Below, in pieces: positions 1-12,533 of a stretch of DNA of 43,175 nucleotides. The notes beneath the pieces are model-generated. The model did not search any database, was not told where the DNA came from, and saw only the letters and a program-made list of their open reading frames with translations. The first letter of the stretch is position 1. Every line of letters starts with the position of its first letter. Source of the DNA: Octopus bimaculoides (Eukaryota); assembly GCF_001194135.2 (NCBI RefSeq), contig NC_068991.1:79542758-79585932 (forward strand), written 5' to 3'. A program made the position numbers and the translations under genes.

Positions 1-248
1 TATATATATATATATATATATATATATGGAGAGAGAGAGAGTGTTGTTTATATATATATATGCATGCTTATATGTATATTACGTATACATAAAACAAATA
101 CAGGGAAAGACACATAACTGTGTACACAGTAAATTTTTAGCGCAGACATACACATACAGACACACACATACACACACACGGATGCACGAACACATTTGAT
201 ATTATATCATTTTCTCTAAAGTAATTCATGAAAGATTCATGAAAATTC

Positions 249-704
249 TTATGAAAGTATAAACATTATAAATGAAAGAGCGATTCTACTGCCCAAAATA
301 TCTATAAAGCAAATAGTATTTTGAATATTACGTCTCTCATTCTTCACCGTCTCAAATATAGATCCGTAACTAAATCTACGTAGAATATAACAAATCATGG
401 TTTCGACAGCTGAGGGAACCAAGGGTATAAATATAAGAATAAACTTGACATTTGAATGGTGGTAGATGGAAGCGGTCTGATAACATCGAAAGAAAAAGAA
501 ATGGAATGAGCGTAGCAATGATTTTAACGCTGTAGAATCTCCAGAAATTTGACGAGGACAAAATCCAAGACCTCCACCTCCAAAAGCATATAAATATTTT
601 TCTGATAGCGTTTCTGTAGTGTACAACAAAATGATCGCAGAATCACATTGTTGATAAGCTTTTGAACATGAAACCCACAACGTGCAGCGTTTGAAACATA
701 GTTG
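249..704 (-). CDS. Candidate coding exon (possibly terminal) of an unidentified gene: QLCFKRCTLWVSCSKAYQQ...YLYAFGGGGLGFCPRQ...RIALSFIMFILS*
   Basis: Longest non-repeat open frame in the window (the listed 143-aa ORF extends 8 codons upstream). It starts in phase 0 right after a strong acceptor (minus strand tttgttttttgttttttag, AG at 706-705). No family recognised. Confidence 0.4.
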   Translation of the reverse strand, partial: QLCFKRCTLWVSCSKAYQQCDSAIILLYTTETLSEKYLYAFGGGGLGFCPRQISGDSTALKSLLRSFHFFFFRCYQTASIYHHSNVKFILIFIPLVPSAVETMICYILRRFSYGSIFETVKNERRNIQNTICFIDILGSRIALSFIMFILS

Positions 705-1576
705 CTAAAAAACAAAAAACAAATTTTTTTTCGTCACATATTCTAATAATAATGAATTCAAATACTAGTAAAGGTGTTTTAATGCTTTGCTACTTTCGAT
801 ACTTCGATTAGTATTAAGGCAATTCATTCAGTCACCAAACAATCAATTTAAAGAAAAAGCGTTATGACATAAATCGAGAATCTTCCGTTAGAAAAGAAAT
901 TTCACACTCGTTTTTGTTAACACATTTTGACGTTATATTTCACAATATGTTTATTACCCATGGAGACACACTAAATCTAGGATTATTGATAAATTTCATT
1001 GGATATCAATCAATAGATACATCTTCATTTTTATCCATTTCTATAGCAGTTAATTGTATTTCCAATGCATTTGGTTTCCTCTGCCTTTTGTTTTAAAATT
1101 CTTGATTGTCATTTTTCATAAAACAGACTAAAGACATGAAAAAAAGTCCCAGGCAATATAAAGAATATTTCAATCATTGAATGAACTACGTTGCTTTCGG
1201 AAAATATCTTTTGTTCTTCTCGTATACACGTTTTTTTTCTTTCCGTGTATATTACCTAGAGATTAAATGGCAAGCGACAGAAATATTTTTTGAAATCTTC
1301 ATTAAATATTACACAGAAATATAATGGCACCCTGCAGCTATCGGCGATATTATATTGTAAATATAAATGGTGATTTTGTATTTTTATTTTATCTTTACTA
1401 CGTTAGAGATTGCGATTATTTCTCTAATAACGAAAAAGAAAACATTGAAGAAATACAAGTTAACAATATTGAGATTTGAGTTGGATGTAAACTTGCAGAT
1501 TGCTAAGGAAGATAATTCGTTTTCTTCACCATTTTTCTTTCATGACTTTACTCTCTCCCCTTTCTTCTTCCCTCCT

Positions 1577-1614
1577 CCCTCTCTCTCTCTCTCTCTCTCT
1601 CTCCCTCTCTCTCT

Positions 1615-1686
<72 letters not shown>

Positions 1687-1690
1687 TTCT
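1577..1690. repeat. (CT)n/(GA)n microsatellite
   Basis: Direct inspection; source of the SL/ER-repeat ORFs. Confidence 0.97.
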
Positions 1691-2319
1691 CCCACCGTCT
1701 CTTTTCAAATACGTACCAGTCTTTATTCTGCTCTACCCATCTCATTTTATAATCGTATATACAACCACTTTAAAATTTGCAGGAATTTTAGGAAAATGTG
1801 ACAGCATCTGTGGCGACCAATTTTTTTTCCTTTTGCATGTTATAACTACAAGGAAATAAATCATATATTTCTTAAAAATTAGATTTTGTCGAAGAAAATT
1901 TCTTTTTTTTTCAAAAATACGTTTTCTGAGTTTACATAATTGTATTCTGAACTTTCTAAAAAAAAATTCTCAATAATATTTTAGATGATAACATATTTGT
2001 GCAACGTTAATAGATGTAAGTTTCGATAGGGTAATAAAATATCTTGGATTGGTGACGTGTAGTCTAGGAACTTAAACTAATGGAAAATTGCAATATTTCT
2101 CTTCAAATTAAGATGAAATTGCATGCCATCAAATTTGAATACTTCCGAAATTTTCTCTTCTGCAAATCGCGGTTTGAATAAAGAAATAATTGAGTTGATA
2201 GGTTAATGATGTTATTTTTGTTCGAGAGTTATTTAATTCATATCACGTCAATTTTGCAGCAGTAAATATTTGGCAAAGTTGAAATATCTCAATGGTGAGT
2301 TATATATATAAATATATGC

Positions 2320-2350
<31 letters not shown>

Positions 2351-2710
2351 TGTATGTGTGTGTGTGTGTGTGTGCGTGTGTGTTTAGCTGAGAACCTTTA
2401 CATAGATATGATTATTTATTTGATAAATTCCGCAAAAATAGTTTCAGTTCTTTGCATGGTAATGTCCTTACAATACATCGTGTGATATAAAGTTATAAAA
2501 ACAACTCTACATTGTAATATATTAAAGGATTACGCAATATTTTCACAAGGATATATATTTCATTTTTAGAGGAAAAAGTTTGACCGTCACTTCATTGTTT
2601 CGTTTACTGGTCGTCATACAATACTGTGACAACCAACACTACGCCAAAGCAGTAAAGTCGCATGAGCCGTCAAGTAAATATTTATAGATATATACATATA
2701 TATATGTGTG

Positions 2711-2742
<32 letters not shown>

Positions 2743-2759
2743 NNNNNNNNNNTCATCCG

Positions 2760-2965
2760 AAGAAAGAGATGGAAAGCTTTCTTCCTCCACTTCACTCTCT
2801 ATTTCATATCTTATCTAGAATAACTATTGATTAACCATTTTCTCACACCGTCTCCAATGAAGGGATATACAAAATATCCCAGAAACAGATGTAAGACCTT
2901 CTACTTATAAAAGTTCTGAAATCTTTCACAGCCTTGGACTTTTATCTCATTCTGTTAATTTTTTT
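2760..2965 (+). mobile_element. Penelope-associated terminal repeat module with a degenerate hammerhead
   Basis: gtct-CCAATGA-agggatat..atatccca-GAAA-cagatg-TA-agac at 2850-2897. Downstream sequence resembles that following the hammerhead at 14003-14050. Confidence 0.7.
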
Positions 2966-2989
2966 TTATATATACGCATGCTTACATAT

Positions 2990-3560
2990 GATCGACTTTG
3001 GACTTCTCATTCGCATAATCACCGAATCTGGAGCATAACTATAGTCTGTCCATAGCACTTACTCACCATTACCTGACACCTTTGGGTCTTCTTGACACCA
3101 TTACCTCTCATAACCTCTTTGAATTTTTGTCCCTTTTTGAAAAGGAATTCTGATCCTTTTAGAATGTTTGGGCATGTTGCGCAATTTAGTCGACCACATT
3201 TCTTCACTTTTGCGTCCGTTATTTTAGAAAATAATTTTGCTTTTGTAAGGATCTTCTTTAGTAATTTCGGATGTTTGTGGCTTTTAATGAGCTGATGTGT
3301 GTGTAAAATTTCCTATAACTTTGGGTCCTTATATAGCATTGATAAATTTTAGATGATGTTTGTAATTAATAAATAGATCCAATTGAATATTTACTGAGTA
3401 ATGTTTGTCGATTGATTATCTCCTCCATTTTCTTATTTACCTTATAAATTATGGGTAAATTTTATTTTTTACCCCCACTTATACCTATTATTCAATTGCG
3501 ATATTACCCTGCAATTGTAAGAACTTCGTTATAAATACGTAGGTATACATCCAGTAGTAT
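2990..3560 (-). mobile_element. Penelope-like retroelement, GIY-YIG endonuclease remnant (frameshifted)
   Basis: Translation LIKSHKHPKLLKKILTKAKLFSKITDAKVKKCGRLNCATCPNIL...C....KCYGQT matches the PLE linker (RQP.NLK.IL..AK), CxxxxCxxC and YIGQT pattern. Confidence 0.8.
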
Positions 3561-3610
3561 ATTGGATATTTATTATCCCTTAGACGGTTGCTTAATCTCT
3601 AACTCATACA

Positions 3611-3614
<4 letters not shown>

Positions 3615-3688
<74 letters not shown>
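3615..3688. repeat. (TA)n microsatellite
   Basis: Direct inspection. Confidence 0.97.
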
Positions 3689-3689
<1 letters not shown>

Positions 3690-3859
3690 GTACATGCATA
3701 TATGCATGTACGAATGTATGAATATATATAGATGTATAATTATATATGTGTACGCGCGTGCACATGCACACACATGCATCAAATTATAACAAACACGACT
3801 TACATACAGATTACTTTCACATTATAGAAAATTTTAATGCAAACAATGCAGACTTTTAT

Positions 3860-4015
3860 ATGAACAGCGACAAAAACAACAAACTCAACAACGCAAGAAA
3901 GTAACAACAGCAATAATAACAAAGGCAGCAGCTGCAGCAGCAGAAACAATAATAAAACAAAAGCAAAACAGCACCAGCAGCTATAATATGATTAACAGCA
4001 TAAACGGCAGCCATG
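3860..4015. repeat. Cryptic CAA/CAG/AAT trinucleotide low-complexity tract
   Basis: aacaacagcaataataacaaaggcagcagctgcagcagcagaaacaataat... Confidence 0.7.
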
Positions 4016-4137
4016 TCAACATAAAGAACAACAAAAATTTGAAAGAGGCGTGACCAAATAGGTCGTAGTAAATTAAACGAAATATGATGGCTGTGTTTTC
4101 ACTTTAGAGATTACGTACCGGTGCTCTTGTTGACTCT

Positions 4138-4325
4138 ATGTGGACTGATCAATAAGTATCCGGATCGTTGTGATAGTAACGAAGCTAAAGCACGCAGAGT
4201 AAAGCCGCTCGGTACCGATTGACTGTAAACTCTGCTGTGTATGCGCACTAAGTTTTAACGTTCTAGCTCACTTCCTCTATTTACAGCAGTGCTTGGAATG
4301 AAGGTGTGTAACGTGTGGTCGCCGT
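4138..4325 (+). mobile_element. Tc1/mariner 5' end remnant (TIR plus 5' UTR)
   Basis: tatgtggactgatcaataagtatccgga is a mariner-type TIR start. It is followed by gcgcactaagttttaacgttctagctcacttcc...tttacagcagtgcttggaa, which I recall from cephalopod mariner 5' regions. Confidence 0.65.
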
Positions 4326-4805
4326 ATTTAATATAATTAGGTTGCTTGTCGGAGAGTGTTCTTTGCGTTTTGCTTCGTTATATTTCAGAATAACTTCACA
4401 TACCTTAATCAACATTTCCCCTATTTGACGCTGTGTGAAAGTGTTGCATTTCGTCGCCATAATGCACACATGAATGCATTCGCATTACTTTATAAACTTC
4501 CAGAGAGATGAAAAAAAACAACATTTATTTCTAGTTTTATTCTCTTGACTAGTTTAAAAAAGTATTGATAGTGTAGACCAGATAATATTGCGCATGCTCA
4601 TCAAACAACATTGTCTTATGTAGGCTTATTAATCGATTATATTGTGAATATTTGTATGGAAAAAAAAAACATGTAGATGTAATCAGCTTGTGACAGCAGT
4701 GGAAAACTATTTTCCAAAGGGTATCTGAAATTTACTTAATACAGAAATGTAGTTTGATAGCGTTTTGTATGTTTGCATTTAATGTATTATTTTCTAATTT
4801 TTTAC

Positions 4806-4844
4806 GGTGAGTGAAGATGATGTTTCTAATAAAAGAATCCACTT
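4806..4844 (-). CDS. Candidate 39-nt internal exon, (E)VDSFIRNIIFTH or KWILLLETSSSLT
   Basis: Acceptor ttgttaatctacag and donor gtaaaa; open in two frames; no homology. Confidence 0.15.
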
Positions 4845-5029
4845 CTGTAGATTAACAATTTCTATAATTATTACTTTTAACGACGTTGAGGTTCAGCTGT
4901 TTCTTGGATTCGCATGTTACATTAGTTTATTATCTCTCTATTTATTTACTTATTTAATGAATAGGTAATATTTGACTGGACGTGGCAGAAATGCTAAAAT
5001 TGCAACAGGTGTTTCTCTGATAATGAAAT

Positions 5030-5209
<180 letters not shown>

Positions 5210-6042
5210 GCGCTCTCTGATTATATGATATTATATTACTATGAGAATATAATAAATTATATAGTATCATGTTAATTTTAATTTTTGACTTGACAATTGT
5301 ATATCTGTATTTTCTATCTCTGTGTGTATGTGTGTGTGTGTGTGTAATCTTATGAGTCTGTTGGGAATGCGTGTACTATCGTTCAATTGTTTGGGCATTA
5401 AATATATACGAGGATTATGTTTATTATGGTTACTCCTGAGGCAATATTTTCCTGCAGTAACTATTCTAATATTAACACATAATTACATGCAAATGAGGAC
5501 ATGCACACACTCCAATCGGCAGCTTGGAGTCGGTGCCAACTGGAAGCCAGATAGTTTCCCATTCGTGTTGGTATGTGTGCTTAGTTCAGTTCAATATGAA
5601 CATGACTTGACATATCTTCTACCAACTATCGTAAATGAACAATAAATATAGTGGACTATGTGAAAGTGATCTCAAAGGAAACATGTAAAAGAATAAAAGA
5701 ATATATATATATATCTTAGGTCCTGGTAAGGTATACAGGTTAGGTATTTCCAGAGAAGAATTCAACCCGAGTTCTTGGCTATCAGCACCGTCGGATTCTA
5801 GCCTAATACAGAAATGCTTCAAGTGTAGAAAATCCGGGTTTCATGATAGCAAAACCATTGTTTGGGCGTGGTGAAGTGTAATTATATTTCAAATAGTAAG
5901 ATACAGAAATTGTTTAACACATCTGTAATGATTTGCTACATTTATTTCTATACCAACTCTACTTGCAACGTCACTTAATGCAAAAATTCGAAATGAAAAT
6001 TAGGTCATTCGACAGAATCTGCAGCTATTCTTGAAGACGCTT

Positions 6043-6126
6043 GCCCAAGGTCCCTCTCTGTGGGGATAAACCCAGAAACAAGTGGTTGGGAAGCAAACTT
6101 GCTACCACACAACCACGCCTGCGCCT
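6043..6126 (-). mobile_element. tRNA-derived SINE family B, 5' head
   Basis: Minus strand aggcgcaggcgtggttgtgtggtagcaagtttgcttcccaaccac...accttgggcaagcgtcttc; homologous to 12381-12533 and 25600-25960. Confidence 0.8.
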
Positions 6127-6607
6127 GCACATTTATGAATGTCATTTCTGGTGTGACATCATTCCTTATTTACCGAATACAGAAACAAATGTAACAGATT
6201 AAATCAACGAATACTGAGATCATGATTCATATGTTTCTCACATTTTACAAATAATACATAAACTTCAGAATAAGCTCTACCAAGGTAGTTACTTACAAAG
6301 GATTAAAACTCTCTCCTTCTCAAAAACGAACTTATTGGGAATTCATTCCCTAACGCTAATAATTCTGTGACCATATATTATTGTTATATAGACTGTAAGT
6401 GAACTTATGACGACGTCAGCCATTCTTTCCACATATTTATTTTAGTCGTGATGATATTCCATATGTCTCACACACCACTCGCTATACTAGTAGGCGCGCT
6501 GATACGTTAGTGAGAAAATTACCGTAAACTGCTTTGTACTGGATAGCAGTCAGAGCGACCTGACATATGTATGAATTTATGTATGTATGTATGTATGTAT
6601 GCATGCA

Positions 6608-6693
6608 TGTAGGTAGGTAGGTAGGTAGGTAGGTAGGTAGGTAGGTAGGTAGGTAGGTAGGTAGGTAGGTAGGTAGGTGGGTAGGTAGGTAGG
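6608..6693. repeat. (TAGG)n tetranucleotide microsatellite adjoining (TATG)n
   Basis: Direct inspection. Confidence 0.97.
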
Positions 6694-6850
6694 TACAATG
6701 GGAGGTAGATATCAAGCTAACTATATATTACGCAAGTATACACAAACGCATAGGCACGTTCACACAGTAATAGGTCTTTAAATGGATGTGCATGATTACA
6801 GAAAGAGTGGTCATTGTCTATACACATACATGTATCAGTTCATATGTATG

Positions 6851-6930
<80 letters not shown>

Positions 6931-7435
6931 CATGCAGGAATACTTACATATGCAATATATGTATGTATGAGAGAGAGCGAGAGTGAGAGAAAGAGAGAGA
7001 TTAAGAAAGGAAGAGATAGGTAAAAATCTCTCTGATGTTGTGCAAATAGGCAACACATTTCAAGACTACTCATATCTGTGACACTTGGCATCTCGTTTAT
7101 CGATTATTCATTAGAAGCAACATCGTTGAGTAGATGATGTCTTATTTAATTACAAAACCAGTGTTTAAGTTTCGTATGAATTCTAAATATTGATTGACAA
7201 TGTAATGTTTAGCGTAATTGAATTTCTGAAGTTACTTTCAACAGATAATTGTTCAGGGTAGGAACAGGATATGAAATGAATCGTACATACACTATATTTT
7301 ATATATGTGAATTTGTGTGTATGCGTGTGTGTGTGCGTGTGTATTTATGTACGTATATAGATATATACATATGTATGTATGTACGTATGTGTGAGTATGT
7401 GCGTGCGTGTGTAGACAGGTAAATACATGTACGTA

Positions 7436-7474
<39 letters not shown>

Positions 7475-8378
7475 NNNNNNNNNNNNNNNNNNNNNNNNNN
7501 NNNNNNNNNNNNNNNNNNNNNNNNNNNNNNNNNNNNNNNNNNNNNNNNNNNNNNNNNNNNNNNNNNNNNNNNNNNNNNNNNNNNNNNNNNNNNNNNNNNN
7601 NNNNNNNNNNNNNNNNNNNNNNNNNNNNNNNNNNNNNNNNNNNNNNNNNNNNNNNNNNNNNNNNNNNNNNNNNNNNNNNNNNNNNNNNNNNNNNNNNNNN
7701 NNNNNNNNNNNNNNNNNNNNNNNNNNNNNNNNNNNNNNNNNNNNNNNNNNNNNNNNNNNNNNNNNNNNNNNNNNNNNNNNNNNNNNNNNNNNNNNNNNNN
7801 NNNNNNNNNNNNNNNNNNNNNNNNNNNNNNNNNNNNNNNNNNNNNNNNNNNNNNNNNNNNNNNNNNNNNNNNNNNNNNNNNNNNNNNNNNNNNNNNNNNN
7901 NNNNNNNNNNNNNNNNNNNNNNNNNNNNNNNNNNNNNNNNNNNNNNNNNNNNNNNNNNNNNNNNNNNNNNNNNNNNNNNNNNNNNNNNNNNNNNNNNNNN
8001 NNNNNNNNNNNNNNNNNNNNNNNNNNNNNNNNNNNNNNNNNNNNNNNNNNNNNNNNNNNNNNNNNNNNNNNNNNNNNNNNNNNNNNNNNNNNNNNNNNNN
8101 NNNNNNNNNNNNNNNNNNNNNNNNNNNNNNNNNNNNNNNNNNNNNNNNNNNNNNNNNNNNNNNNNNNNNNNNNNNNNNNNNNNNNNNNNNNNNNNNNNNN
8201 NNNNNNNNNNNNNNNNNNNNNNNNNNNNNNNNNNNNNNNNNNNNNNNNNNNNNNNNNNNNNNNNNNNNNNNNNNNNNNNNNNNNNNNNNNNNNNNNNNNN
8301 NNNNNNNNNNNNNNNNNNNNNNNNNNNNNNNNNNNNNNNNNNNNNNNNNNNNNNNNNNNNNNNNNNNNNNNNNNNNNN
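7475..8378. other. Assembly gap (N run) flanked by (TA)n; one of many such gaps (also ~9.3, 10.8, 12.5, 15.9, 17.6, 21.0, 27.4, 35.1, 39.0 kb)
   Basis: N run. Confidence 0.99.
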
Positions 8379-8872
8379 ATATATATATATATATATATAT
8401 ATAGGTATGTATATATATATATATATGTATATATATGTGTGTGTGTATGTGACTTAATACAGAGGTTCACACATAACGCAGTACTTTTGCGCAAAAATGT
8501 TAACTTCATAAGAGAATAAACGAGAATTGTGTAATTCTATTCTACTCATTCATTTCATATGTTGTTGAATCTTATGTGATGCTTTAATCAACATAATTTG
8601 TGGGGTGTGACGCAGTGGGCATCCCTAGGTTAATACGGCACATATCTGTGCGTCATTTGAAGTATCCGTTGCAGCCATCTGTTTTTAAAATTCAGAATCA
8701 GAACTAAGCTTAATTTGAACTCCTGTTGTAATTGATATGATACATTACATGCATATATCTTAGCACAGACATGAAGGTCTTCTGTATGTGCTAATTCTTT
8801 CGCTGTATTCTTTGTAGACAACTGCAATTTAGCGAGAAGAGCTTTATATCTTTACATATTTGGGGTACTTAC

Positions 8873-8900
8873 GTGCATTCACATCATTGCGTCTGTTTTC
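8873..8900 (-). CDS. Candidate 28-nt micro-exon (ENRRNDVNA in phase 0)
   Basis: Acceptor tatatacccacag and donor gtaagt; no homology. Confidence 0.2.
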
Positions 8901-9447
8901 CTGTGGGTATATATAAGTATTTCATTTATTTCTTCGGTATTCTCTGCTGATGAAAGAAAAACCTTTGGGTTAATTTAGAAATTAACCGATCTCCGATCTA
9001 GTGATAACTCATGATAATTTTATGAATTTCCGTTAGATCGCTTCCTCGGTTTTCGACACGTGTATAACAATAATAGTGATGATATTTAATGTGGTCCGAC
9101 GATTTAGCGTCTCCTTTCAGCATACAGGCTAGAATTTTTTCTATGTCCTTAATTATATATATATATGTGTGTGTATGTGTGCGGATAAATCTTTCGCCTT
9201 TTACTAAAGATTTCCGTGGGGAGAAACATTTTAATGCACGGTGGTGCATCAGCATGGCCGCAGCTCTAAGCTGAAACTTNNNNNNNNNNNNNNNNNNNNN
9301 NNNNNNNNNNNNNNNNNNNNNNNNNNNNNNNNNNNNNNNNNNNNNNNNNNNNNNNNNNNNNNNNNNNNNNNNNNNNNNNNNNNNNNNNNNNNNNNNNNNN
9401 NNNNNNNNNNNNNNNNNNNNNNNNNNNNNNNNNNNNNNNNNNNNNNN

Positions 9448-9491
<44 letters not shown>

Positions 9492-10136
9492 ATATATAGA
9501 TGTATGCCTGTATTCATGTATGTACGTATGCGAGTATGTATGTATCTATGTATGTATGTATGGATTTACACATGTATGTATCTAAACGTATGTTTGTGTG
9601 TATTTGTGTGAAAGCACACACATGGACCCATGAAATCCCCCGCAAATATAAGTACATATTCATATAGCTCTCGAATTATGGAATAAAAAATGATTTTTCG
9701 ACTCGTTGTCCACGAGTAGATTTACAAATCGCGAGGGACAATTTTCCGTTTTCGTTTAATACTACATATCAGAAGATGCCTAGTATAGCTCAAGCACCTA
9801 GGTGCAAGAAATGTACATATTATGTTCTTAATGTTATACTTTTAAAGTACTGTGTATATATGTATGCACAGCATTTTCAATAAGGATCAGTGAGTAGTTG
9901 CATATTGGAGAGATATACACGCATATACATATATACGCAAGCACACACAAACACATATACACACATACACACACACATATTGGAATTAACGAGTAAAATT
10001 TATATGGAAGTCTTTCATGGTCTTCTATCGCCATTATTCCACTAAATTTGTTTATCATTTTGTAAATTTAGATAAATGTTTGTTATTTCAGAGATATAGA
10101 GCCTGAATGCCAAGTAGAAAAACCGAGCGAATTTAC

Positions 10137-10221
10137 CTGACGACCATAGATTTGGAAAGCTATAAATATTAAACTCCGTATTTAAAAAACATATCTTTGA
10201 CACATTCGAAGCTCTTTCAAA
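10137..10221 (-). CDS. Candidate 85-nt internal exon, FERASNVSKICFLNTEFNIYSFPNLWSS(G/E..)
   Basis: Strong acceptor ctctactttctattcag and donor CAG|gtaaat; only the phase-0 frame is open. Confidence 0.35.
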
Positions 10222-10700
10222 CTGAATAGAAAGTAGAGAACATTCCATATTTTATCATTCTCTCAACTCCAAAAACGGCGGGGAAGAGTGAAAAGGTAAT
10301 CTCTCCTAACAATCTTTAAAATATAAATTTATTCATACTTCTGCAATACTCATGTGTTATACATTATGAATTTAAGTGGTAGTTTTATAAACAAAAAATC
10401 AAATATATTTAGACAATATGAAAATTGCTGTCCGATTTAGAGAAAATAAAACTGAAATATTTTAGAAATATACACAAATTTAAAAGTGAAACAATGAAAG
10501 ATAGCATTTTACTATCTCTGATGATATAGCACACCGTATTGGATATTGCCGAAGACATTATTGAAGTTAGAAAATGGAATTTTGCTAACAATTCCAAATA
10601 TAAATTTCTCGCACTCTCTGTCTCTTTCTTCCTCTCTCCCTCCCCTCTCTTTTCTCTCTGGGTGTGTATAAATATATATATATATATATTTATATGCATA

Positions 10701-10758
<58 letters not shown>

Positions 10759-11282
10759 TNNNNNNNNNNNNNNNNNNNNNNNNNNNNNNNNNNNNNNNNN
10801 NNNNNNNNNNNNNNNNNNNNNNNNNNNNNNNNNNNNNNNNNNNNNNNNNNNNNNNNNNNNNNNNNNNNNNNNNNNNNNNNNNNNNNNNNNNNNNNNNNNN
10901 NNNNNNNNNNNNNNNNNNNNNNNNNNNNNNNNNNNNNNNNNNNNNNNNNNNNNNNNNNNNNNNNNNNNNNNNNNNNNNNNNNNNNNNNNNNNNNNNNNNN
11001 NNNNNNNNNNNNNNNNNNNNNNNNNNNNNNNNNNNNNNNNNNNNNNNNNNNNNNNNNNNNNNNNNNNNNNNNNNNNNNNNNNNNNNNNNNNNNNNNNNNN
11101 NNNNNNNNNNNNNNNNNNNNNNNNNNNNNNNNNNNNNNNNNNNNNNNNNNNNNNNNNNNNNNNNNNNNNNNNNNNNNNNNNNNNNNNNNNNNNNNNNNNN
11201 ATATATATATATACATATATATATATACATATATATATATACATATATATATATACACATATATATATATTTATGTATATGT

Positions 11283-11502
11283 ATTCTTTTATTTGTTTCG
11301 GTCATATGATTGCGGCCATCTTGGAGCACCGCCTTTAGGTCAAACAGATCAACCCCAGGACTTATTCATTGTAAGCCAAGTGCTTATTCTATTGATCATT
11401 CCTTGCCGAACGGCTAAGTTACGGAGACGTAAACACACCAACACCGGTTGTGAAGTGATGTTTTGGGGACAAACGCAGACACATAAATACACACTACGGA
11501 CG

Positions 11503-11540
<38 letters not shown>
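11283..11540 (-). mobile_element. SINE family B, 3' portion
   Basis: tttgtttcggtcat..gcggccatcttggagcaccgcc...cgtaaacacaccaacaccggttgt..; colinear with 25600-25800. Confidence 0.75.
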
Positions 11541-11543
<3 letters not shown>

Positions 11544-11565
11544 GCTGACACTCACACATATACAA

Positions 11566-12345
11566 ACTGTAATACCCGTCGTTGATCGGGTAATTACTGT
11601 TATTGTTTCTCCAGCCGAGAAGTTAGAAAAATGGGCGTATCATATAGAAAAATAGCTTTACGGAATCCAGGTGACTGCGATGACACTGCAAAGATTACAG
11701 GTCAAGTGGAACATCCATTTGTCACTGTCCCTTTTAACGTTCGAATAGGCGGTGTATCGTGAATGAAGCTAGAAGAATAGCTATATCATATAGAAGAATA
11801 GCTTTAGGGAATGTAGGTGAGTGTGCGGTGGCACTGAAAAGGCCACAGGTGAAGTGGAAGACACATCTGTCATGGTTTCTTTTGACAATTGAATAGGCCG
11901 TATGCCCAAGGAAAATCGAAAGATTCAGTTTCGAATGTGAACCAGAGTGAGACTACGACTACAGATTTAAGTTTACGCGTTCTGTATGTGTGTATTACAT
12001 GACAGAAAAACATGTAATAATTGAAATAGAAAAAGATAGATTTCATAGATGACTCCTGTTTGTACTTGAATTTGTAATCCAGCAACTTTTAGTGTCTGCC
12101 CCAGAGTTTTATTAATGCTTATGGCAAAAGAAAGTGGAATAGAAAAACTGCAACGGCTTAAATTGAAGTGGGACATTTTACGGTATAACTGGTATGCGAG
12201 GAAAGAAGACGGTGTCACATTTACCACAGCCAGTGAGAATATGTGCTCCAATGAAGTTCCTCATAGGTGTGTGCACAATTAGTGCTGTACCGTTGCATAA
12301 TGTTTGTTAAGATAAATTAGGTACTAGCATAATAGGAGATAAAAA
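11566..12345 (-). mobile_element. Helitron 3' end: decayed PIF1-family helicase C-terminus, subterminal tandem repeat and terminal hairpin
   Basis: About 12345-12050 translates PIMLVPNL..LCNGTALIVHTPMRNFIGAHILTGCGKCDTVFFPRIPVIP*NVPLQFKPLQF/IPLSFAISINKTLGQTLKVAGL, matching the Helitron/PIF1 motifs LCNGTRL, PRIP and FAMTINKSQGQ, with a stop and a frameshift. Hairpin tacccg/cgggta at 11573-11592. Confidence 0.85.
11618..11905. repeat. Two diverged tandem copies of a ~147-bp unit
   Basis: tatcatatagaaaaatagcttta..ggaat..aggtga..acaggt.aagtgga..gtca..tttt..gaataggc occurs twice (about 11620 and 11768). Confidence 0.8.
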
Positions 12346-12380
12346 ACATAATAGCTTCCCTTGAACCATTTAATTTCATT

Positions 12381-12533
12381 CCGGTGAGCCTCTTTAATTT
12401 TCCGTGTACCAAACCCACTCACAAGTTTTTGGTTGGCCAGAGGCAGAAAATTGCCGAAGGTGCCACGCAGTAGGACTGAACCAGCCCGGAAGCATGTGGT
12501 TGGGAAGTAAGCGTCTTTCCACACAACCACTCC
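12381..12533 (-). mobile_element. SINE family B, 5' part
   Basis: Minus strand aggagtggttgtgtggaaagacgcttacttcccaaccacatgcttcc...cctactgcgtggcaccttcggcaa...ttgtgagtgggtttggtac. Confidence 0.85.

Noticed and set aside
4281-4469. 62-aa minus-strand ORF (…RQIGEMLIKVCEVILKYNEAK…)
   Set aside because: Its 3' end is antisense to the mariner remnant, it has no flanking splice signals and no recognisable family
8947-8995. CTGATGA…GAAA spacing resembling a hammerhead
   Set aside because: No convincing stem II, and stem I/III pairing fails
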